Assembly: GCF_036321535.1 (NCBI RefSeq)
Contig: NC_087436.1
Span: 32,242,001 to 32,306,000, forward strand
Length of the DNA: 64,000 nt
Source: Camelus dromedarius
Taxonomy: Eukaryota
Reading direction: 5' to 3'
The position numbers and the translations under genes are program-made. The notes beneath the pieces were generated by a model. It had not been told where the DNA came from, did not search any database, and worked only from the letters and a program-made list of their open reading frames with translations. Every line of letters begins with the position of its first letter. Within the stretch, counting starts at the first letter, position 1. Positions 40,095-52,966 of this stretch are shown piece after piece.

Positions 40095-41690
40095 ACTTCA
40101 ACTATTTTGTTGAGCTGTTTGTTTTTTTATATATTTGAGAATATCAACTGCTTATTGGTTGTGATAAGCAAATATTTTTCCCTATTTTGCAGGCTGCCTT
40201 TTCACACTGTTTTGTGTCCATTAATACATGTAAGTTTTTGATTTTCATGAATTCCAACTTGTCCATTTGTTTTTATACATGTGCCTTTGGTGTCATATCT
40301 GAGAAATCACTGTCAAATCAAATGTCATGAAACTTCACACCTATATTTTCTTCTAGGAGTTTTAGGTTTTAGGCTGAAGTCTTTATAATCTATTAAATTT
40401 TTTTGGCATATGGTGTTAAAGGATCCATTGTCATTCTCTTGTATGTAGATACCTAGTTTCCCCAACACCACAGCCTCCCCACTATCAGCATCCTGCACCA
40501 AGTGTTACATTTGTTACAATCTATGAACCTACAATGACACATCATCATCACCAAAAGTCCATAGTTTACATTGCTTTCACTCTTAGTATTGTACTTCCCA
40601 TGGGTTTTGATATATGTTTAGTGACATATATCTATCATTGTGTTATACAAAATACTTCTCACTGCTCTAAAATCCTCTCTGCTCTGCCTATTCACCAACT
40701 CCCACCCTCCGCCATCTCTAGAAACCACTAATTTTTTTATTTATTATCTCCTTTCGTTTTCCTTTTCCAGAATGTCAAATAGTTGGAATCATATAGTATG
40801 TAGCCTTTTCAGATGGATCTTTTCACTTAATGTATATGCATTTAAGGTTCCTCCACATCTTTTCATTGTTTGATCACTCATTTCTTTTTAACACTATTAT
40901 TCTATTGTCTTGATATACCACAGTTTGTTTATCCATTTGCCTACTGAAGGACATCCTGATTGCTTCCAAATTTTAGAAATTCTGAATAAAACTGCTATAA
41001 ATATCCAAGTACAGGTTTTTGTGTGGACGTAAGTTTTCAGCTCCTTTGGGTGAGTACCACAGAGGGCGATTGCTAGATTGTATGATAAGAGTATGTTTAG
41101 TTTTATAAGAAACTTCCAAACTGTCTTCCAAGGTGGCTGTATCATTTTGCATTCTTACCAACAATGAATGAGAATTCCCCATGCTCCACATTCTCACCAG
41201 TATTTAGTGTTCTGGATTTTGTCCATTCTAATAGAGGTATAGTGATACGCTGTTCTTTTAACTTGCACTTCTCTGATGATATATGATGTGAAATATCTTG
41301 AGTTAATTTCTGCGTATGGTGAGTTAAGAGTTTTGCATGTGGATATCTACTTGTCCTAATAGCACTTGTTGAAAAGACTATTCTTCCTCTATTAAATGGT
41401 TTAGGCTCCTTCGCTGGAAGTCAGTTGATCACAGACACATGGGTTTATTTCCTGACTTTCAATTCTCTTCCACTGATCTGTATGTCTATCCTTATAGTAG
41501 GCTCAACCCTGTCTTAATATATACTAGTCATTAACACTGTATATGAACCCTTTAATTTTGTTCTCTTTCAAGATTGTTTTGGCTAGTCTGTGTCCCTTGA
41601 ATGTTCATATGAATTTCAGATTAGTTTGTCAATTTAAGGAAAGAAGCTGGTGGGGATACTGACAGGGACTACACTGAACCTATATACTGA
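40095..41690 (-). mobile_element. L1 ORF2/3' fragments, including an L1MC1-like 3' end (~40470-41300)
   Basis: ORF 40897-41145 (LKTYVHTKTCTWIFIA...KLWYI) is the L1 ORF2 C-terminus. Also acatttgttacaatctatgaacctaca. Confidence 0.85.
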
Positions 41691-42975
41691 TTTTGATTTG
41701 TTACTATTTTATGGTATGTATTTCTCCAATCTTTCACTTTCAATCTTTTGGCTTCCTTGTATTTTGATGTGTCACACATAAATAACATAACTGGTTGTAT
41801 TTACATACGAATTCTGACAATATTTATTCATTTTTGCTATTTTAATATTTGGGTTTCAATCTATCACCTTATTTTTATGCTGGAAGCCTCTTTTTCCTTT
41901 TTTCTTGTCTTATTTCACATCTTCTCTTTCTCCTAGTTTCAAGGTTATTCTTTCTAATTTTATTTTTAAATGGGTATCCTTCAAACTACAAAACAAAAAC
42001 CTTAAAAACTAAAATTAATTATCTTCTTTCCAGACACAAAAGTACCTTTAAACACTATTCATTCATTGCTCTCTTCCAGTTTGTGTTAATGTTATATTAG
42101 ATCTGTTAGACATAATTATTGTTTCATGCCATTAAGATTTATTTAGATCTATTATTCACCTATTTATTACTTGCTTTGCTCTTCAGTGCTTTCTGTATCT
42201 CTGGCATCTGGAACCACTTTTATTCCAATTTTGGAAATTCGTTTGATGAGGTTCTGCTACTTGCAATTTCTCTCATTATATTTCACTCTTACTTGAAATA
42301 TACTTTTGCAAGGCATACAAGTATAGGTTGATACTGTCTCGCCACAGTTCAGAAAAGATCCGAGCTATTAAAATACCGGCTCTGCCTAATTTCCTCTCCT
42401 TTCCTTCTAGAATGCCAAATATATACCTTAGACCATGTTTGTCATCCTATATTCCAGTTGCTTTTTACTTTTCTCAAAAATAAAAAGATTTATAATAAAA
42501 TCCACTAGAAGTTAAATTATACAACTTGATTCGAAATATACCAAACAATAGCAAAGACTGTCTAGAATACATTCTATAACCTCTTTTATATAGTCTAACT
42601 CTTTGTCTGTCTGCGTTGATTTCTTGTAAACTGTCTTCCACTGATTCTTTAATGGTATCTAATCTGTTGTTAATCTCCTCAATTGACTGAGTTAATTTTA
42701 GCCTTCACTGTTTTTAATTTCAGGATTTCTAGAATTTCTTCTTCCCTGAAGATATTTTCCTTTAAACACAGTAAGCACTGTTACTCCATATTATGTTTAA
42801 TAACCCCATTATCTAAATTTTTTGAGGGTAAGGTTTTCCTCTCTGTTACTTCTGCTTATTCTCACATGTGGTACTTTATTTCCTTGTTTGATTATTAACT
42901 TTTGAGAGCTGCTCACTTTCCTTATAAAACAATTTGAGTAAATTCTCTGAGGTCTAGAATGAAAGTCAATGTCTT

Positions 42976-43001
42976 CACACACACACACACACACACACAC
43001 A
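42976..43001 (+). repeat. (CA)13 microsatellite
   Basis: Perfect CA run of 26 nt. Confidence 0.97.
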
Positions 43002-44659
43002 AAGCTAGATTTGCTTCTGTTACTTTCTGGGAAATTAACAGGCCACAATCACTTAACATTTATGACTAGTGGTTACTCTAGTCACCCCAGATAGTGTGAA
43101 GCTGGGTTGCACAATTACAACTTCTAAGCCAGTTTTTTTTTCTCCTTATTCTGCTCAGCACAACTAAGGAAACGTGCTTTGTAGCCTCTTAAGAGGAGTA
43201 GGTGAGAAAGCAAGTTAAATTCTCTTTCACTAAGGGTATATTTCCTTAAGTACCAATTTAATGGGAAAGGACTCCTGTTGGAATCCCCAACTTTGGCTGG
43301 GCCATAGGTTTGTGCCTTGTGATTATCTGCTTTAATCACCTACAAACAGCATGTATTTCTTAAGGTGGCCTGAAAGTTTATTACTGGGAACCTTGAAAAC
43401 ATTTTACCACAGAACTAGTATTATACACAGAGGTTAGGTTCCTTTGGTTAGTTCATAATGTTTAATCCATACTTCATTTGTCCATTTTAACAAATATAAA
43501 CTGAGCACTACTTTGTTCCAGAAACTGTCCTAGCAATGGAGATACAGTAGTATACAAAATAAGACAAAAATCTGTATCCTCAAATATCTTACCTCCAAGT
43601 GATCAAAACAGAAAATAAATGAGTGCAATATACAGAATGGTAGATGGTAAAGAACAAAGTAGGGCAGATGGATACGGAATGGAGGGAGTACAATTTTAAA
43701 CTATTGTTAGTTTATTTTCTATTTTTCCTGTTGCCCAAAGGATTTAAGTTCGATGTCACTTACAGAATCTAAGTATCATAAATAAAGTAAAAATGCTTAC
43801 ACAAAAAAAGACTTTCAACGAAGAAATTTTATAAAAACACACTTCCTTTCCCATACCAGTAGGACAGCACTGCTCAGGCTCCAAGTCACTGACAAGCTAC
43901 CATATCCTGACAGTCTCTAAAAAGGCAGTGATCAAAGAGGAAAAAAGTGATGGAAATTTCAAGAAGAAAAGAAATGAAGAGTCAAGAAGGAAAACACACT
44001 TCTTGATGCTATGAAGCTTCATGGACAGACATGTTCAACCACAAGGTGGGTGGCTTTTCTTTCTAGAACAGTAACTTTTTCTGACCAAGATTTCTTTCCT
44101 ATTTGGCATTATTATAGTTATACAATTCCCCCCACACACACACCAATATTCTATCCCCAAAACAAATTATTTAACTTTCAAGGGTTCTCTGATCAACTTA
44201 ACAGCAGATAAAGATTCTTTTTAATCCCTATCTGTAACCATTAAAATTTGTATAAAAGGAATACAGATAGCCAGTAGACTACTCTGGTAGTCTCACGTTT
44301 TACCTTAACAACCAGGATAGGTACCAGGATGTGAGGTGAAATACAAAAAGATAAAAATTGGAACAAGGCTTCTAATAGCACTCTTGGCAACACAGTAATG
44401 ATTGGACAAGGAGAGGCAATCAGCCACTTTAATCTTCTATACTTATCAACAACCAATTCCACTACCACAGAACATGCACCACAGACTAAGGTGAGAAGGA
44501 CAGAAAGGGATACAAAAGTAACTCCTCTCTGAAGCTCTGCTTAAATTGCTGGGGTGATTATAGCCAGGTAAGGAATGAGCATATAAACTAAGCCTGTCCA
44601 TAGCTTCAGTTTTTATTCCTTCTTATGAGGAAGAGCTTTCTTATTATTTTTCACCTTGA

Positions 44660-44798
44660 AAAAAGCAAAAGTTTTAATCAGTGAGTCCTAATATTTTTAT
44701 TGGCATTATTTATTGACTGTCATCTTGATAAAATAATTTCTCAAGTTGTGACTATAAGATATATTTCTAGGAATTTTTCAATTTACATATAATTTATT
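44660..44798 (-). terminator. Candidate intronic poly(A) signal cluster after the 366-nt exon
   Basis: Minus-strand AATAAA at 44793-44798, 44709-44714 and 44696-44701, with U-rich CTTTTGCTTTTTT downstream. Confidence 0.4.
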
Positions 44799-44905
44799 TA
44801 TATTCAAAACTGCATAAAATAAAGCCTCAAGTTTAGGAAAACATAAGCAGCAACATGCAATCAGAACATAGTATCAACAGAAAGATGTTGGCCAGAAACA
44901 ATTAC

Positions 44906-45271
44906 CTTTATGGCTGTGTGTTTGTTTTCATCTTCTTCCATCCATAGATCCTGCTCATAATAATATAAGCCATCATTGATAACTCTAGCAAGTTCAGATG
45001 TAATTTTCGCCCAAGACATGTGGTTGCCTGTTCGATCTCCTCCAGGATGTTTTCTCATGTAAGGTGGTGTCTGAGTTACAATCAAAATCTTGTTTAAATC
45101 CTGGTCATCAATTTCATAATCTGAATCATTGTCAGACCAATCAGTAAATGTGTTTTTTCGCCCTTCTGTTTGTTCCATCTCTTCATCAAATAAAAAATCA
45201 AGTTCTTCTTGATCTTGTTCATCTGGAGAATATAGCTGATTTGATGACTCTTCAGGTAGAGACAGTGATTC
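44906..45271 (-). CDS. LARP1B: LARP1B coding exon, central conserved region, 366 nt, phase 0-0
   Basis: ccttcag|GAA ... ATA AAG|gtaatt. Contains EELDFLFDEEMEQ, KNTFTDWSDNDSDYEIDDQDLNKILIVTQTPPYMRKHPGGDRTG and INDGLYYYEQDLW. Confidence 0.97.
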
Positions 45272-45371
45272 CTGAAGGAAGAAATTGGTATTTTACATAA
45301 AAACATTGTTACCAATTTTATAATAATGTTACATGTCAATGTTAAAAGTAAATATTAAGATTGTATGCTCA

Positions 45372-46020
45372 CCTACACAGCTGGTGGGAATGTAGTTTGG
45401 TGCAGCCATTACGGAAAACAGTATTGAGATTCCTCAAAAAACTAAAAATAGACTTACCATATGATCCAGCAATCCCACTTCTGGGTATATATCTGGAGGG
45501 AACTCTAAATCGAAAAGATACACGCACCCCAATGTTTACAGCAGCACTATATACAATAGGCAAAACATGAAAGCAACCAAAATGTCCACTGACAGATGAC
45601 TGGATCAAGAAGTTGTGATATATTTATACAATGGAATACTATTCAGCCATTAAAGAGAGTAAAACAATGCCATTTGCAGCAACATGGATGGACCTAGAGA
45701 TCATCATTCTAAGTGAAGTAAGCCAGAAAGAGAAAGAAAAATACCATATGATATCACTCATACGTGGAATCTAAAAAAAAAAAAGCACACCATGAACTCA
45801 TCTACAAAACAGAAAACAGATTCACAGACATAGTAAACAATCTTATGGTTATTGGGGAAAGAGGGTGGTAAGGGATAAATTTGGGAGTTTGAGAATTACA
45901 AATGTTAGCCACTATATTTAAAAATAGATTTTAAAAAGTTTCTTCTGTATATAGCACAGGGAACTATATTCAATATCTTATAATAACCTTTAATGAAAAA
46001 GAATATGAAAACAAAGAAAA
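45372..46020 (+). mobile_element. 5'-truncated younger L1 with TSD
   Basis: ORF2 C-terminus ([20 protein letters not shown]). Flanks aagattgtatgctca (45357-45371) and aatactgtatgttca (46021-46035). Confidence 0.92.
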
Positions 46021-46194
46021 AATACTGTATGTTCAATTACTAGTTTAACAATCAAATTGTAAAAGAAAACCAAGTTAGCCTAATAAATATAAAGTAATTG
46101 CTAAACACTAAGTTTAAGACTAAAGAAAAACACAAAGTTGAATAAAAGGACTACATTAAAAGACTCCTTTAGAACTAAAAATGGAGTTAGCTCA

Positions 46195-46330
46195 TACATT
46201 ACAGCACATCAACTCATTTTACAGATGAGGAAAGAAAGGCCTAGAGATGCGATATTATTTGTCCACAATTTCAGAATTTGAACTAAAACAACCAAGGTCG
46301 TCTGACTTCCAGATTCAATGATCTCCCCTA
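46195..46330 (-). mobile_element. MIR fragment
   Basis: ctcattttacagatgaggaaa...ggcctagaga. Confidence 0.65.
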
Positions 46331-47349
46331 GTCTCGATCCTTTTTACCTCACAATTATATTAATATCATAGTTTCTTAGCTAACCTTGCTGCCCAATCCT
46401 CATGCCCATTCAATGTGGCTCAGTTTCATGTTAAATACACTCCAACACTCATCAAATTATTGAATTTCCACCCTTTCTAGAGTAACTTCCTACTCAGTGA
46501 TATAAAAAGTCTGAATTTTTAGATCCTAGATTCTCTAAAATATAACCTAGTCTAGAGTTCTCAAACCCTCAACACAAGGAAACAGATTTCTCAATGTTGT
46601 CATCTTCCCTTGCCATCCTCTGACCGTCATATCCTTAACCTTCAGCAAATACTAACTTTCCTAGGCTTAAAATAAGATAATCCCTCTCTCTCAGAATTCC
46701 TGTTCATGTGGATCCACATTCATTCAATAATTATCTGGGTCCTTACAATGTGAGAGCTGGGCACTGTTCTAGGCACAGGTATACAGCAAAAAATAAAACA
46801 ACAACTCTGTCCTGATGGAGCTAATATTCTAGTAAACAAAAGGCTGTTCATTATGTTTTTACTTAAAAAAAAAAAAAGAAAAAGGAAGTTTTAACACAGT
46901 GTGAATATATTTAAAAACAAAAATGATATATCTTGTTATTCACATTTGTAAGTACGTGAAAAAAGTCTGAGAATAAAGAAATACCAAACTGTTAATAATG
47001 GTAAACCATGAACAGAGTCTTTTACTTTTTACATATCAGTTATATATATATATATTTTTTTAAAATATATATATATTTTAAACATGAAACTTTTTGTAAT
47101 TTGTGAAGAGACGAGAGATTTTGGGTTGAAGATGACTGAGCATACATATTTGCAGTAATGAAAAGAATAAATCCATGTCAATATGAAAACAAGTATAACT
47201 ATCAAAAGATTAGAAAGTTTTATGCCTTTCTGGAAAGCAGAAAGCAAACGGAATTGTATAAATAATAAACAAGACTAGAGGAAAACCTTTTGTAACATTT
47301 AAGTATGTCGTGTTTAACTACTATTGCTAATTAAAAAGTTATCTTTGAT

Positions 47350-47545
47350 CAGGGTTTCTCAAACTCAGAACTGTTGACATGTTGGGCTTGATTCTTTAGT
47401 GTGTGGATGTATGTGGTAGATGTTTACGGGGTTGTCCTGTACACTGTAGGAAGTCTAACAGCATCCCTGGCATTCACTCAAGACACAGTAATACTCTCTC
47501 AGTTTTAAAAATCAAAAATGCCTCCAGCCAATGCCAAATATCCTC
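47350..47545. mobile_element. MER20 MITE
   Basis: cagggtttctcaaactcag...gcatccctggc...caaaaatgcctccag. Confidence 0.75.
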
Positions 47546-48555
47546 TGATGAGGCAAAATATTAACACCTTCCATTTCCCCAAAGGAGAATCACTCTTAAA
47601 TCTAAATCCTTCACGCTTTCTTTCTCCACGCTTTAGCCTTAGGGATAAGGAGCTCTTTCATAATAATCTTCAATATGATAGCCTTCTTCATTCTTCCCAC
47701 ATCTAGACCCAATTATTTTTAGTGGTCTTCTCCTTTTACAGTTTACTTTGAGTATCTGAATTGAGTGGCACTGTTTCCAAGTTTCTTTTTCGTAAACTTT
47801 TTGAGATAATTGTACATTCACATAGGTATAAGAAATGGAGATCTTGTGTATTTTTTAACCCAGTTTCCCCTCAATGTAAACATATTGCAAAACTATAGTA
47901 GAATATCACAAACAAGAGAAATATTGGTGTAACCCACCAATCTTAACTAGCATTTCCCCAGTTTTACAGTACTCATTTGTGTTCGTGATTTAGATCAGAG
48001 CAATTTTTACCACATTTGGAAGTTCACGTATCCAACTACCAGCCAAAAACACAGCAGCTCTACCGAAAGGATCTCTCCTGTTACTTCCTAACCACCTGCA
48101 TCTCACTCCCTTACGTGCCCACAATAAATCAATTCTCTTCTTTTCCTATTGTAAAATCACCAAAACATATATAAACCTGATATGTATCTTCTACAAATAT
48201 TTGTAAAACAACCTTACAAATAATTAACAAAGTTACAAATAATACGGCAAAGTTAAATTCAAAATTTAGAAAAACTTTGTCAGCTTTAAAAGCAGAAATA
48301 ATATTCAAATTTAAACTAATCTCAAAAGACTAAGTCAAAACATTCTGAAATCATATTCAGAAATAAAGGATAAATTTAAAAACTGACACAATATAATTTT
48401 CAGTTATATAGTAACTCGTAAGTTTTAATGAAGGGCAATGGTTCCAATCTTTACAATTTTTTAAACTTTTCAAACTTTATATATATACCTGACAAACAGT
48501 GGCCTTATATTCCACTCAGGATATATCACACTTCACTTGGGTTATAACAACTTAC

Positions 48556-48728
48556 CTTCAGTTTCACTGGGGATGGACAATGTCTCTTTTTTACTTTTAT
48601 CCAAGGTTCTGAGTCCAAGTCAGGCAAACTGGTAGACAAACCTCTAGACATTGCTTGAAGATTACTTGTTTCAGTATTTTTCTTTGGGTTCAGTGGACTT
48701 CCAATTCTTGGAGAATTTGGGGCAGACT
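48556..48728 (-). CDS. LARP1B: LARP1B coding exon, 173 nt, phase 1-0
   Basis: ttttttttag|AG TCT ... CTG AAG|gtaagt. Translates ESAPNSPRIGSPLNPKKNTETSNLQAMSRGLSTSLPDLDSEPWIKVKKRHCPSPVKLK. Confidence 0.96.
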
Positions 48729-49285
48729 CTAAAAAAAATTTTAAGTTAGTTCTACAGTTAAAATAATGATTTTCTTACTTATAAAACACATTTTTTTCTT
48801 TACTTGAGCTTGATTTTTTTTCACAAAAACATGATAAATCAATTCAATTATAACTTTTCCAAACCTTAAGAACTTGTAAGATATATCTAAATGAAGCCAA
48901 TAAATAATAGGAATGTATCAACCCTTATGCAGACACTTTCAAATATCTCAACACTAATGTGAGTCACCTACTAATCATGACAATACATCTATTTGAATCA
49001 ATTTTCTGTGAAATTTTACATTAAAAATCTCAAATGCTATTAAGCCAATCAAATGCATATTCTACTCAAGGCAAAATCAATTTTTCATTGTTCTACTAGG
49101 ATCTATACTAAGACAGTCAAATCCCCTACTTTCCTCATCTCCTTTGCTTAACAAGGTTAACCTAAATGCACTGTGACCCTTAGTCAGTATGTAAAGAGCA
49201 GAATATCACATCATTAAAGTACACTGGCCTGGCAAACACATTTAAAATATTTTACAACTCTGCTGGAATTAAAAATGCTTTTCTC

Positions 49286-49500
49286 AAAATTTGTAGATAT
49301 TGACAGGCTTATGTGGAATAGATAAATAAGATTATACTGTATAGCACAGGGAAATATATACAAGATTTTGTGGTAGCTCACAGTGAAAAAAATGCAACAA
49401 TGAATACATGTATGTTCATGTATAACTGAAAAATTGTGCTCTATACTGGAAATTGACACATTGTAAAATGACTATAACTCAATAAAAAATGTTCTTAAAA
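49286..49500 (+). mobile_element. Young camelid-type L1 3' end with TSD
   Basis: ctgtatagcacagggaaatata...gactataactcaataaaaaa. Flanks aaaatgcttttctc / aaaaggctttctct. Confidence 0.88.
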
Positions 49501-49969
49501 AAAGGCTTTCTCTACACTATCTTTTAATCAAAGTAATTATATGCTCTGTAAATAAAGCCCAAGTCAATCCCTTTATAAAATTTTTTCAAAAGTCAAAGAA
49601 TATTCAAGCTATAATGCAATATGGGCTTGCTTTGGACAAAAAGTGTTTTAAAAAGAAATTTATACTGTAAAATTCTAAACACTATTTACTCCTCAAAGCC
49701 AATTCCTTGAAAATACTGCAAAGTTGAATATTACATAGAGAAAGCTGAAATAAATGAACAACTATCCTTTTAATTTACTAAATGAAAACACAAAGGCACA
49801 TTCTAGGAGTTTGAGAAGACTATTCCAAGATTTTACTTTCATCAACTAGCTGCTAGAATCAGACGGATTATCTTCTCCATGGACACACAGACCCAGGATT
49901 CAACCACCAGACTAGTTTATTACTTTAAAACAAATTATATTGTTTCCTAACAGAAAAGGCTCTAAAACT

Positions 49970-50235
49970 ACACTGTTCAGTACAGTAGACAGTAGTCATG
50001 TGGAGCTACCCAGCACTCAAAATGTGGCTAGCCCTGAAATGTGCTCAGGATAAGTTAAAATACACATCAGATTTCAAAGACTTGGTACAAAAAAAACCCC
50101 AAAAAACAATTATTATAATAATTTTATAAAAATTAAATATATTAAAACTAATTTCATTTGTTCTATAGCTTTTAAGGATTTAAAAATTATAAGGATTCTG
50201 TGTGTGGCAAACACATTTCTTTTGGACATTGCTGC
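49970..50235. mobile_element. MER33-like MITE
   Basis: agtagtcatgtggagctacccagcactcaaaatgtggctag...ttggacattgctg. Confidence 0.65.
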
Positions 50236-51960
50236 TCTACAACTTAATGGTACATGCCATCAATTGACCCACAAATGTAGTATGAGTGAAATACTAGGTT
50301 TGGGCTGTCAGTATTAATATTAAAGTTACAGGAATGGGAAAAACATTAACTCCAGAGAACCTTATTCCTAATACTATGAATGTCGTATATCATGCAGTGA
50401 ATAAAGCTTTAAAAGTAGACTAAGAACCACCACCCTAGTAACCAGGTGAATTAGTATGCATATTTCATGTATACATGATTAGAACAGCACCTGGCACAAG
50501 GCAGGGAAATTAGTATTTATTGTTTTCAACATAGAAATTTAATCTTTAAGCACCTACTTAAGTTCATGATATAATCATCCCTAAATGCTATTTAAACTTG
50601 AATGTTTCTACCATGGAGTCAAGTGTTTCACTACATTTCACAACACATGTACTTATAAATTAAATGACATCAATACCAAAGAATTTGGGTAAGACAAGAA
50701 AATTCAGAAGTCTTAAGAGTTTTTAAAGAGTGTTCACCTTATACACATATGCTCTGTGTGTATATACACATATTTTCTGTACCTGCCTTTTCTCTTACAA
50801 AGATTTTGAAATATATGCATGTAAATTTCAACAGTAATGGTAAAGCCCTAATCTTCCAAGACCAAGTGAGTTTGAGTATGACTGATTACTTGACATTAAA
50901 CTTATAGACAAAAATTAGACACATACTATGACACTTACAGATTCTAATTTGGGAGAACCTAGAAAAAAGGATTTTTCTTTGCTGATTTCATTAATTGCAA
51001 ATTGTCCACATGACTCTCCAGAGATAAATCACCATATATATTTCATGACACATATCTAGTATGACTTTTTAAAATCCGTCTTGAATCACAGCTCTGGTTA
51101 ATTATATAGAGTGTGTTAAAGTGTATTTTATGTGAGGCACATTCAAGAATACTTCTGGATATCAATGTTCAAAAGAAATCCTAAAGCTTATTCAATAATC
51201 ATTAGGGAATCCTCCTACATTTTAAGAAAGCCAAAAACAAAAACAAAAACAAGACTGTCAGGTAACTGACCTTTCAATTCTGGTTAAGTGAAATTCTTTT
51301 ACCTAAGAGTTGATAGTGCAATATTGTATCACTAGAACTGCAAAACCTAAATTTCAGTTCTAATATTTTACCTTTCTCGTATCAACAATTTCTAGTGCAT
51401 TAAGGTCCTCTGTTCAGTGCAAAGGCCAAGTCATGTTAGACAATTCAAACTCTTTAGAGGGAAAAACAGAAACTGTAATTCTTTTGAAGAAAAGGTCCAA
51501 TTAATTTTATTATACAAAGCCTTCAGGAAGTACACATTAAGGGCTATGTTTAAAAAATTTGAGGTCTTCTCATTTGAGATAAAAATATAGATAAAAGTTT
51601 CACTGCTTTTCTCTACCCATGGGTACATATAAATGCAATCATACTATCCTTTATTTACATCTCAAAGTTTTGGTGACATATTACTTTCTATTGCATTTAG
51701 GAAACTAAGGCTTTCTTATCTGAGAGGAATTATTAAGGTCAGAAATGTGGAGATTCATAGGGAAAAGCTGAGTTTGCATATATTTATTCCTATGATGTAA
51801 TGCGAATCAGTATTAGTTCTAAGAACACTCCATCTTTCTACATGTCTTCATTATCCATCTAGTTTCTTATGTATGATCTAAGGAACTTAAAAACTGACAT
51901 TTAAATATACGTTGACTTGTTGCAGGCAGTATGCATGTGTATACAAATGAGTGTATATTA

Positions 51961-52010
51961 AAAAACACAAACATGTACAAACATTGTGACTTTATTCTTG
52001 TAATTTTATT
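51961..52010 (-). terminator. Candidate intronic cleavage/polyadenylation site
   Basis: Two minus-strand AATAAA (52005-52010, 51991-51996) followed by GU/U-rich TGTTTGTACATGTTTGTGTTTTT. Confidence 0.5.
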
Positions 52011-52946
52011 AATAATGCATAAATGGTTCATGGACAGGCATTACCAACCTGACTGACCTATCTTAGTTAAACTTTGGAGAAAGTATTTTCTATTTATCAA
52101 ACTCACCTAATGCCTGTTCATAAGAAGGTTAAAAATATCATCTTGGACCCAATGTTTACACAATAAATTAATCTAATGTATACAATCAGATATTATATTC
52201 CTCTTTTAAAAACCTAAAAAAATGTCACTTGAAGTTCTTCAACTTTTAAAACACCTGCCCAAATTGCTTGTTAGGTTTAGAGGCACAGAGGGCTGACAAT
52301 CAAAGAAACACTAAATAAAAATATCTGAGACTGTCTATCAGTGCTTTATTGATGGCAGGCCTCTAGACTGGTGTATCAAAAATACTTTGAAGAGTTAAAA
52401 AAAATACTCTCTTTCATTTCTTAAGTTTCTTTGCCCTTAGTGTCCACATTAATAAATCTTATAGTCCATGTGAAATATTATGACAACATGTGAGTTATAC
52501 AATGTACACTATACTGAAGGGCAAATCAAATATCAAAGGACCTAACAATCTGGGAAATTCCACTCAAGCCTCTATTTCTGCTTTATTGATCTGGACACAA
52601 GTACATAAGTCTGGAAGGAAAAGACAGACTCTTGCAATATTTTCAGAATGATAATTAACTTTCCCACCATGAATAAAAGTAGCACATGCAGCCCACACTA
52701 ATTACACACAAATGGGCGGCTCCTATAAAAACAACAGCAGTCCTCTGGTCTCTCATCATCACAAAGGTGTTTATCTCCATTGTAGTGTTGGCCCAACATC
52801 CTCCACAAGGAGTTGGGAGTAGACATTCTTGCACAGAAGTCTGGTCGCTTCCATTTCTGCAGCACGATTTGTTCCAATATTTATAATGATATTTCAGTGA
52901 GTCACCTATTCCTCTGCATATTCCAATCAAATGACATCCAAGAGCA

Positions 52947-52966
52947 TCAGCAGATCATCACCCTGA
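52947..52966 (-). CDS. LARP1B: Candidate alternative terminal exon, coding part (VRVMIC-stop)
   Basis: Acceptor ttttttcag|TC AGG GTG ATG ATC TGC TGA, phase-compatible with exon 53550-53724, followed by apparently non-repetitive sequence and poly(A) signals. Confidence 0.55.

Noticed and set aside
52655..52930. Cys-rich 91-aa ORF
   Set aside because: It has a non-ATG start and no recognisable domain. Better explained as the 3' UTR of the candidate terminal exon.
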